Of a DNA stretch of 64,000 bases, positions 1 to 7,519 are shown in pieces. Origin of the DNA: Bdellovibrionota bacterium FG-1 (lineage in GTDB: Bacteria > Bdellovibrionota > UBA1018); assembly GCA_051382295.1 (NCBI GenBank), contig JBBCAW010000013.1, positions 1-64,000 on the forward strand, written 5' to 3'. A program made the translations under genes and the position numbers. Position 1 is the stretch's first letter. Each line of letters begins with the position of its first letter. The notes beneath the pieces are model-generated. The model did no database searches and had not been told where the DNA came from. It saw only the letters and a program-made list of their open reading frames with translations.

Positions 1-45
1 TTGGCGGACTTCTTCGGCGATCACGGATGGGTCTTGAGTTTTCAT
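1..45 (-). CDS. 5' end of a gene running off the window (MKTQDPSVIAEEVRQ...)
   Basis: ATG at 45 on the minus strand with GGAGG upstream; frame open to the window edge. Confidence 0.45.
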   Translation of the reverse strand, partial: MKTQDPSVIAEEVRQ

Positions 46-123
46 TTTCCTGCCTCCAAAAGTATGGACGCGGGAAGATTAGCAGATCAGATCATGTTTG
101 GGGCCACCGTGGATACGCCCTGG

Positions 124-261
124 CTACGAATAGACGGCGATTGCATAGCAATAGGCTCGGCGTTCGGCTTGGGAAAGGTGGCTCGCCAACTCAAAAAGCT
201 GGTTCGGAACCTTGGTATAGTCCGATTCCAAATTGGTGATGACTTTTCTATTTTTACTCAT
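124..261 (-). pseudogene. 45-aa ORF resembling the N-terminus of a phage replication initiator, probably truncated
   Basis: RBS AAGGGAG upstream; MSKNRKVITNLESDYTKVPNQLFELASHLSQAERR... resembles the YTxIPN start of phage Rep/O-type proteins; stops after 45 codons. Confidence 0.3.
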
Positions 262-382
262 ACGACTACTCCCTTAAATCGTCCTCAGCATTGCCCAGCC
301 TAATCGCTGGTTGCCTTGGACTCTTCATGAGAATAGCCGAACGATTGTCGAAAACCTGAGGTGGGGAGAACTTACGAAATTA

Positions 383-1333
383 TTACCCAGTGAGGTACGG
401 ACTTGATGATGGCCTGAGCTTGCCATTACTTTGCTTAAGATAAGCATAGAAGGCGTCACTGGTGAGTCCCAATATTGCCAAATCGTCTTTGTACTGTGCC
501 CGGAGCTTCTTGTTTCCATGCAGTCTTTCTCGAATCACTCTAGCAGTCAGAGTCCGACGCAAAGTTCCGGGCCGTGCATTGACAGACCGATCATCCCTGA
601 ACATAAATCCGAGCTTCTTATTTATGAAGGGTGCAAGAGGAAAGGTCTGGGGGTCTTCGCGGTCTGCGGGTTTAAAATAAGGACTAAAGACAGCGTAAGC
701 ACCAAAGATAAGCTCTCTGATAAACGGTGACTTCGAGAAATCCAACGACAACCAGCCGTCTTCCGTTTTCACTAGGTAACGCCCCATAGCCCCTAACTTC
801 CGTCTCAAAGCTTTCAGTTGCTTTTCCGATGGATCTTTTACGCCTACCAAACAATCTCGGTCGCAGGAAATTGGATAATACAGACGCTCCAATCCATAGC
901 GCAGTAGATTCGCCGGACGTTCAACGGTTAGCCATTGACCAAAGGTTGCCCCCTGACCAGTCAGTCCTATTTCCGATTCAAGTTTTTTAACCCAAGAAAG
1001 GTTTATGTCATCCTCTTCCCCTCGAAAATGATCAAAATACTCAACGGCCGCATTGAATCGAATACGCCTCTCCTGCTCGTACCGATCTATCTCGCAAATG
1101 ACGGCTTGGACATACTGGGCAATGGTATTGTAATTTTTAATTCGAACCTTTGGGACGGATTTGTCAAAACCGATTTTAATTCCGCGTTCAGCGAGGACTT
1201 GCCTTAAAACCCATTCCAAAATCTGAAAGATATCCGATGAAATGTCGGATTCTCCGAAGTCCTGTGTCTTGGTGTGGGTCTTGCTACTGTCCCACTCGAT
1301 TACTCGAATTTGTTTGGATAATTTCTTAGACAT
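383..1333 (-). CDS. hypothetical protein of the integrated element
   Basis: long ORF (track 383..1369); probable start MSKKLSKQ at 1333; no recognised motif. Confidence 0.65.
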   Translation of the reverse strand: MSKKLSKQIRVIEWDSSKTHTKTQDFGESDISSDIFQILEWVLRQVLAERGIKIGFDKSVPKVRIKNYNTIAQYVQAVICEIDRYEQERRIRFNAAVEYFDHFRGEEDDINLSWVKKLESEIGLTGQGATFGQWLTVERPANLLRYGLERLYYPISCDRDCLVGVKDPSEKQLKALRRKLGAMGRYLVKTEDGWLSLDFSKSPFIRELIFGAYAVFSPYFKPADREDPQTFPLAPFINKKLGFMFRDDRSVNARPGTLRRTLTARVIRERLHGNKKLRAQYKDDLAILGLTSDAFYAYLKQSNGKLRPSSSPYLTG

Positions 1334-1644
1334 TACCAATATTTTACGTGCTCCATGTCTCCGATACAAATGGAATCTATATTGCCATTGTAACTTCTCC
1401 CCACCTCGTCAACGCCCTCCCTTGGCGTGCTTTAATGAAGTCATTGGGAAAAGCATTTCGACTTGAGGAAAGCCAAAATTGCCCCGACGCCTTACTATCT
1501 GTTAGTTGTATTAACTGCGGTAAAACCGCGATTGGTTGTTTTATGGTGGCTTTTAAGCAGATAAGTCCTGAGTTTATGGATATCGCAAGCATCCTTGGCA
1601 ATGACTTTGGACGATTAAACCAGGTAGCTTCGGCAGTTCCGGCC

Positions 1645-2040
1645 ATGGGGCGATCAGGACTTTATTCTGTTCGTCAGATTCCCCCTGTGGCGACCCAACC
1701 GAACGTTCGGATTGATAGCCTGTTCCAAAATCCCGTTATGATTCCGCCAGAGACCCATAACCAAGATGCACTGATTACCCCAAAGCAGGCTGCTGCCCTA
1801 CTCGGGGTGAAGCTTTCAAACATCTATTATTGGTCAAGCCGGGGGGAGATTCCATTTGTCCGAGTTGGCCGTCAACTGCGGTTTGAAAGCGCTCAATTAA
1901 TTCTACACTTTAAAAGTATTCAAAAGTCAGGTAATAAACCCACCAAACCGAAATCTGGTAAAGTTGATGACTTTGAAGCTCGGTTGAGTTCTTTGAAATC
2001 AAAATTCTCAAGACCTGCTGATAAAACTCGAAAGGAGTAG
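1645..2040 (+). CDS. excisionase-like HTH_17 DNA-binding protein (start uncertain)
   Basis: LITPKQAAALLGVKLSNIYYWSSRGEIPFVRVGRQLRF is a MerR/Xis-type HTH; directly upstream of the integrase. Confidence 0.75.
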   Translation: MGRSGLYSVRQIPPVATQPNVRIDSLFQNPVMIPPETHNQDALITPKQAAALLGVKLSNIYYWSSRGEIPFVRVGRQLRFESAQLILHFKSIQKSGNKPTKPKSGKVDDFEARLSSLKSKFSRPADKTRKE

Positions 2041-2045
2041 TCAGT

Positions 2046-3143
2046 ATGGCAATTAGAAAATTACCTAGCGGAAAATTTAAATCATTGCTGCGGGGAACCG
2101 ATGGGCATTGGCTGCCATTGGGCAGCTTTAATACCAAGCAGGAAGCTGAGGCAGCATCCCTCAAGGCGCAAACTGAAAAAGAATCAGGACGGGCGGTAAC
2201 TGCTGAGTTGATACGTCTCACGTTGAATGATTATTTCATTGAATGGGCAGATGGGGGTACCAGCAAGGCATCAAATGGATGGAAGCTTGATCAAATTCGA
2301 ATGTATGAACAGTATGTGAGTCCATTAATCGGCAAGAAACGACTTGATCAACTTAGGTCTGCTGAGATTGCCGAAGTTCTAAAGGCAGTGGCGAAACAAG
2401 GGAAGTCTGTTCAGATGCAGCTTCATGTTTATAACCTGCTTCACAAGCTTTTGGGTGATGCCGTAGAAATGTTTGAATACCTACGAACAAACCCAGTAAA
2501 GCGAAGTCTTCGTCCTGAAGTTCCCGAAAAGGAAACGGCCCATCTCAAGGTTGAGGAAGCGGTTCGTTTGTTACAACATGTTCGCGGTAAACCCTACGAA
2601 TTAGCCATTTGGCTTAACCTGTATGTTGGACTCAGAGTAGGCGAAATCCAAGCGTTGACCTGGCAAAATGTTGACTTTGAGGATGAAGAGATTCGTGTAC
2701 GTGCCACCTATGTGCGTAAAGAAAGGCGCATCCAGGACCATCCAAAAGGCAAAAAGTGGCATGACGTCACAATGCCTCCTGAGCTTCTAAAAATGCTCCA
2801 GGTGGAGAGTATCGGAAAAAAGAAGGGAGACTTTGTGGTTTCGTCTGCTCGGCAGGAGATGCTTGGCTACGGTGGCTACCTTCGTGCCCTCAAAAGCTAC
2901 TGCAAGGAAGCGGGATTACCTGAGATAGCTACGCACGGTCTCAGGCATTCAACATCTGGGATCTACATGGCAAATGGGGCTACTCGGGACGATCTCTACC
3001 AGTTATTCAAGCACTCTTCGTCCGATGTCACAGCGCGATATATTCACTCCAAAGGTGAACATATTCAGCAAGTCGCAAAGCTTATCCGCTTGTTCCCTGA
3101 GCAAAATGATTGTAATAACGGGAAACGTATTTCAAACCAATGA
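2046..3143 (+). CDS. int: tyrosine recombinase / phage integrase
   Basis: GLRVGEIQAL (R), HGLRHS (HxxR), KH...TARY (Y); RBS AAGGAG; next to a tRNA gene. Confidence 0.95.
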   Translation: MAIRKLPSGKFKSLLRGTDGHWLPLGSFNTKQEAEAASLKAQTEKESGRAVTAELIRLTLNDYFIEWADGGTSKASNGWKLDQIRMYEQYVSPLIGKKRLDQLRSAEIAEVLKAVAKQGKSVQMQLHVYNLLHKLLGDAVEMFEYLRTNPVKRSLRPEVPEKETAHLKVEEAVRLLQHVRGKPYELAIWLNLYVGLRVGEIQALTWQNVDFEDEEIRVRATYVRKERRIQDHPKGKKWHDVTMPPELLKMLQVESIGKKKGDFVVSSARQEMLGYGGYLRALKSYCKEAGLPEIATHGLRHSTSGIYMANGATRDDLYQLFKHSSSDVTARYIHSKGEHIQQVAKLIRLFPEQNDCNNGKRISNQ

Positions 3144-3161
3144 AGGTACGTTTAAGCTCCG

Positions 3162-3185
3162 ATGTTGCACGGAAATGTTGCACGG
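3162..3185 (+). repeat. tandem direct repeat ATGTTGCACGG x2, putative integrase arm-binding sites
   Basis: identical 11-mers at 3162-3172 and 3175-3185 between the integrase stop and the tRNA. Confidence 0.6.
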
Positions 3186-3261
3186 CGCTCTTAAACGGGA
3201 TTAGCAACCCTAGACTAATCACTCCTAAATTATTGAAATTATAATACAATAGATCTGAAAC

Positions 3262-3351
3262 GGAGAGGTGGCCGAGTGGTTGAAGGCGCACGCTTGGAAA
3301 GCGTGTTTACGGGAAACCGTAACGAGGGTTCGAATCCCTCCTTCTCCGCCA
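3262..3351 (+). tRNA. tRNA-Ser (anticodon GGA)
   Basis: GGAGAGG/CTTCTCC acceptor stem, CACGC-TTGGAAA-GCGTG anticodon arm, long variable arm, GGTTCGAATCC T-arm, encoded CCA. Confidence 0.97.
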
Positions 3352-3420
3352 GACCGAAAAATCTAATAAAATCAATACCAAACATCACTTCGCGAAGAAA
3401 TATGATAGAATCAATCCTAT

Positions 3421-3732
3421 ATGAAAACACGGTTAATCAGCCTAACACGAGCGGTTTCGATTCTAGCCTTAGGACTCATCTCTTTATGCTCATTGGGAGT
3501 CTCAGCCGCAGAAGTACCGAATGAACTCAAGGGCGCAGATTCTCAAAAGCAGGAAAAAAAGAATTCTGACAAAAGCGCCCAAAAAAAGAAAAATAAAAAC
3601 GTCGATTCCAAGCCCCCAATAAAAGTCCATAGCGAGGGAGAGGGGATCGGATTGAATGGGCAGAGCCTGGATGGATTGACTCTTGATGATGCCGTAATAC
3701 TCAAAGAGGTGCGTATACCCGGAAAAAAGTAG
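3421..3732 (+). CDS. N-terminal part of a secreted ADYC-domain protein
   Basis: signal peptide, Lys-rich linker, GIGLNGQSLDG segment; ends at A AAA AAG TAG. Confidence 0.6.
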   Translation: MKTRLISLTRAVSILALGLISLCSLGVSAAEVPNELKGADSQKQEKKNSDKSAQKKKNKNVDSKPPIKVHSEGEGIGLNGQSLDGLTLDDAVILKEVRIPGKK

Positions 3733-4421
3733 CATTTATTCATGAAGATCATGCCGAATTTCTTGAACAAGACCTCGAAGAAGCAACTACTTTGCTTGTC
3801 CAACATGCGGCGCGAAACATCGAAATCAAGATCAGCAAGCCGCAGAAGATTCGTGTTTCACATGGAAAATCGATTCCAGCCTACACACTTGAAATCCAAC
3901 CTCAGGCATCTCTTGGAACATGGAGTAATGCGTGTTCACCCGACAGTCGTGGAGTTAGAAAAGGGTTTATTCTAAAGGGAGCTTGGGATGGCTACGGCAA
4001 GCGCGTTCTCCAAAAAGGTCTTTTTTCTGTTCACTGCCTCAGTGGTGCCGTCGGCAAATGTATTCGGCTAGGGTATTCACCTGAAACCCCGATACACGCC
4101 GCTTGTACCCGAATGATGCGTGCAGATTACTGCGGAGATGGAAAAAGCCACACCCAGGATGGCACGCCCGTAGAATTTTACGACCGGGAAGGAGTGATTG
4201 CCAAACCGCCAAAACACCAGTTGTCATTCGAGGCTGCGTGGAATGAAAATGGCGCGGTCTGCATTTATCGTCCAAGATTTGGCGGAAATAACACGCTCGC
4301 AGCCATCGAACAGGAATGTCCCGGAAAATTTGCAGGCCGGACTGGTAAATCCTGCCTCGAACAGTTTGATGAACCCATAAAACTACTGCTCAATCGTTCG
4401 AATCGTGGGCTACGCCGTTGA
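3729..4421 (+). CDS. ADYC-domain C-terminal part, in the -1 frame of the preceding ORF
   Basis: GAVGKCIRLGY...ACTRMMRADYCGDG...FEAAWNENGAVC; frame is open from 3690. Confidence 0.8.
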   Translation, partial: VAFIHEDHAEFLEQDLEEATTLLVQHAARNIEIKISKPQKIRVSHGKSIPAYTLEIQPQASLGTWSNACSPDSRGVRKGFILKGAWDGYGKRVLQKGLFSVHCLSGAVGKCIRLGYSPETPIHAACTRMMRADYCGDGKSHTQDGTPVEFYDREGVIAKPPKHQLSFEAAWNENGAVCIYRPRFGGNNTLAAIEQECPGKFAGRTGKSCLEQFDEPIKLLLNRSNRGLRR

Positions 4422-4555
4422 CCTAAGTGCGGGTGAATGACAGGAGCGAACCCAAGCATTAAGACGTAGCGCGTCATTCCCCAAAACTGAACAATCCACA
4501 CACTCAGTGGAACGAAATTTGTCAAAACGCATTAAACCAAATAAACTGAATAATA

Positions 4556-5134
4556 ATGATGACCCTCAAGAACATCGTTTTAGCCATCTCTTTGCTAGAA
4601 GCACTGTTTCCTGCAACCTCGGCTCTCGCTGACCATTTGCCTTCGGACTCTTGCCGTGCATTCGCTGACCACGTTTTAAAGACAAAAACACACTCTAACA
4701 TCGAAGAAATTCGTCTGAAAAACTCTATTGTAGAAACGGGAAGTATGGACTCCTCCCGACCCTATATCACCGTCCAACTCAAAAGAGGCGACACGGCCAG
4801 AAGCCCGACCATGCTTGAACTCAGGACCTCTCAAGGAGAGACACCCCAAAGCTGGCTCTTGGATCTCGTGGTTCCACCCATGGAAATGTATCGCTATCGG
4901 TTTTCAGTTCAAGAAGGCCATTGCTTGCTCGAATCGATCGAGGTCAACAAGAATGGAAAAAATCTCAATCGCGAGAAATGCGCCCACCTCACTGCCCCAG
5001 GGGTCACCCTCAAAGAAGCAGAAAAATGGACCGCTCACGCATGCGCTCTCGGAATGAATTTCTTTCCAAAGCCCGTAGAAAAAAATCCGACTTCAAAACC
5101 CCCCTTGAATTACAAAGCCGGCGGCGCCTCTTAA
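4556..5134 (+). CDS. secreted hypothetical protein
   Basis: signal peptide ending ALA-D; 192-aa ORF. Confidence 0.7.
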   Translation: MMTLKNIVLAISLLEALFPATSALADHLPSDSCRAFADHVLKTKTHSNIEEIRLKNSIVETGSMDSSRPYITVQLKRGDTARSPTMLELRTSQGETPQSWLLDLVVPPMEMYRYRFSVQEGHCLLESIEVNKNGKNLNREKCAHLTAPGVTLKEAEKWTAHACALGMNFFPKPVEKNPTSKPPLNYKAGGAS

Positions 5135-5146
5135 GGAGAATTTTCG

Positions 5147-7519
5147 ATGTCAGTGGGCCTGCGCTTTTCAGAACGGATGGCCGGTTGGATCACGCTTGAG
5201 GGGCATCCGAATTTTCCGGGCTTCGAAACCGGCGTCAAATACCCCTTTGAAATCAATTTAGGAGTTTTTTCTTCAAAGATTTTTCGACTCTCTCCTCCTC
5301 GCGACCTCACAGGATATGCCCTTTTCCCAGGATCAGATCTTAGCCCCTCAAATCCGGAGGTTACCGGACAGCTCACGATCCGTCCAACTGGCATTACCTA
5401 TGAATTTAAAATCGATCTAGGTGAAGAAAAATACCTCTCTTTCCAAGGGAAAAAGACCTACGCCCATCCACTCAAAGGCTGGAACCGTTTTAGGAACTCC
5501 CTCACCATCCTCCCGCTCATCGTAAGCCACGAAGGCCGACAGATCGGCACCGCAGAGCTTGTCTATCGAAAGCCCCTCTGGCATTTTCCTTTGGGAATCC
5601 GCTTATCAAAAAACCGAGGCGAACGTCTGAAACGCCAAGACTTGGCGGCCAGGGTCTTGATCATGACCCGGGTTTTTGTCACCCGTTCCGAAACGCTCAT
5701 CGAGCCCCAGGAACTCCAACACCGCCTGCAAATGGATCTTGAACAAATCCCGGTATGGGCGGAATGGCTCACTCGTTCCACGCTGTTTTGGATTCAGGTG
5801 TTATCGCTCCTTTTATTTCGAAGAACCGTCGGCCGGCTAGACGGTGAACAATCCCAACGATTTTCTCGGCTTTTCATGCGTAACTCAACGCTTCGAATTC
5901 TAGCGCTCTCGGTCAGCGTGCCTTTGCTGTCGGCAGCTTATTCCTCCCCCAAGTATGTAGCCAAAAAAGGACAAAACGTCCCTACGCCTCCCACCACATC
6001 GGAACCTGAACGCTGGATGTCGCTTTGCCACTCACCGACCTCGTCTTGGTCTGAGCAATCTCTAGAGGTCGACTTCGTGATCATCGGATCCGGTGCCGGC
6101 GGAGGTGCGGCCGCCTACGAACTTGCTAGCCAAGGCCATGCAGTGGCGATTGTCGAAGAAGGCGCTTACTTTAAACGAAAAGATTTTACAGGCGATCGCG
6201 TCGATGTCACCCGTAAATTATTTAGGGACAGCGGTTATAGCTTTACCGTTTCAAATGCGATGCTTTGGTTGCCGACGGGTCGTTGCGTAGGGGGCACGAC
6301 CACGATTAACGCCGGCACTTGCTTCAGAACCCCGCCACACGTGCTCAACCACTGGCGCCAAACGAACGATCTTCTGGATGTGGATCTTGAGTCCTATTTT
6401 CCCGAAGTGGAAACGATGCTGGACGCCAAACCGGTTGATCCCTCACTTCACGGGCCCATCCGGGACATTGCAGCGCGCGGCCTGGAAGGAACCGGTTATA
6501 TTTGCGAGCCGCTCAAGCGTGCGGAAACCGGGTGCGACGGCCAGGGGTTTTGTATCACCGGCTGCCCCACTGGAGCCAAACGGAGCACGGATGTGTCTTA
6601 TATTCCGGAGGCCTTGAAGCGGAACGCCCACCTTTTTACTCAATACAAAGTCGAAGAACTTCTCTTTGAAAAAAATCGCGTGATCGGCCTACGGGCCCAA
6701 CTCCCCGGTTATGGTCCAGAGTTTTCAATTCGGATCTTGGCCAAAAAGACGATTCTCGCCGCCGGAAGTCTCAATACCCCTCTCTTACTTTTTCGAGCGG
6801 GCATACATTCCTCGCTGCCCCAACTTGGAAAAAATCTGACCGTTCACCCCGCGCTTACCGTGGGGGCGATTTTCAACCAGAAGGTTCGACAAAAACTCTA
6901 CGTCCCTCAATCATTAGGGGCGATTCACCCTCATAACAAACGGTTCGTACTCGAAGGTTATACCTTACCCGTTGATTCGGTACCCGTGGGAATGGCACTC
7001 TACGGTCGCGATCTTGCTTATCTGATGGATCACGTGGATCGGTTTGCTAATTTTTCGGCCATGCTCACGGACTCAACCCATGGAAAACTTCTCTTATCGA
7101 AGTGGGGGGCGATTCCTTATTATCATTTTGACCGAGAGGCAGTCGATCGTCTTCGAAGCGCCACGACTTTACTGATTGAGATGTTCTTTAAAGCCGGGGC
7201 TAAAACGGTCTACGCGCCCGTCAAAGGATTTGAACGCATTCGAAATTCGACTGACGCTAAACGCTTGGCAGCCGCTCCCCTCAAAGCGATCGATTTTTTG
7301 AATCTGTCGGCACATCACCCCCTAGGCACTTGCGTGATGGGCACTACCCCTCAAAACTCAGTGGTTTCGTCGAGCGGCAAGGTTTGGGGCTACGAAAACC
7401 TCTACATCGTAGACGGCTCGGTCATTCCTGGCCCTCTGGGAGTCAACCCCCAAGTGACCATTATGGCAAATGCACTGAGAATCGCTCGAAAACTCGGAAC
7501 CGACCTTGGAGTGTCATAG
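5147..7519 (+). CDS. GMC family FAD oxidoreductase with an N-terminal extension
   Basis: IIGSGAGGG FAD motif, GRCVGGTTTINAG, CDGQGFCITGC, HHPLGTCVMG, GVNPQVTIMA; RBS AAGGAG. Confidence 0.9.
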   Translation: MSVGLRFSERMAGWITLEGHPNFPGFETGVKYPFEINLGVFSSKIFRLSPPRDLTGYALFPGSDLSPSNPEVTGQLTIRPTGITYEFKIDLGEEKYLSFQGKKTYAHPLKGWNRFRNSLTILPLIVSHEGRQIGTAELVYRKPLWHFPLGIRLSKNRGERLKRQDLAARVLIMTRVFVTRSETLIEPQELQHRLQMDLEQIPVWAEWLTRSTLFWIQVLSLLLFRRTVGRLDGEQSQRFSRLFMRNSTLRILALSVSVPLLSAAYSSPKYVAKKGQNVPTPPTTSEPERWMSLCHSPTSSWSEQSLEVDFVIIGSGAGGGAAAYELASQGHAVAIVEEGAYFKRKDFTGDRVDVTRKLFRDSGYSFTVSNAMLWLPTGRCVGGTTTINAGTCFRTPPHVLNHWRQTNDLLDVDLESYFPEVETMLDAKPVDPSLHGPIRDIAARGLEGTGYICEPLKRAETGCDGQGFCITGCPTGAKRSTDVSYIPEALKRNAHLFTQYKVEELLFEKNRVIGLRAQLPGYGPEFSIRILAKKTILAAGSLNTPLLLFRAGIHSSLPQLGKNLTVHPALTVGAIFNQKVRQKLYVPQSLGAIHPHNKRFVLEGYTLPVDSVPVGMALYGRDLAYLMDHVDRFANFSAMLTDSTHGKLLLSKWGAIPYYHFDREAVDRLRSATTLLIEMFFKAGAKTVYAPVKGFERIRNSTDAKRLAAAPLKAIDFLNLSAHHPLGTCVMGTTPQNSVVSSSGKVWGYENLYIVDGSVIPGPLGVNPQVTIMANALRIARKLGTDLGVS

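Larger units (their letters stand above)
1..3261. mobile_element. right part of an integrative element or prophage remnant abutting tRNA-Ser
   Basis: xis-like gene + integrase + arm-type repeats + tRNA; left boundary lies outside the window. Confidence 0.7.

Noticed and set aside
1348..1644. N-terminal extension of the excisionase-like ORF
   Set aside because: It spans the divergent intergenic region and has no RBS; the recognisable domain starts much later.
3239..3524. Short ORFs overlapping the tRNA
   Set aside because: Shadow frames of tRNA-Ser.
4430..4482. Stem GAATGAC...GTCATTC as a riboswitch or sRNA
   Set aside because: No recognisable riboswitch consensus; too weak to call.
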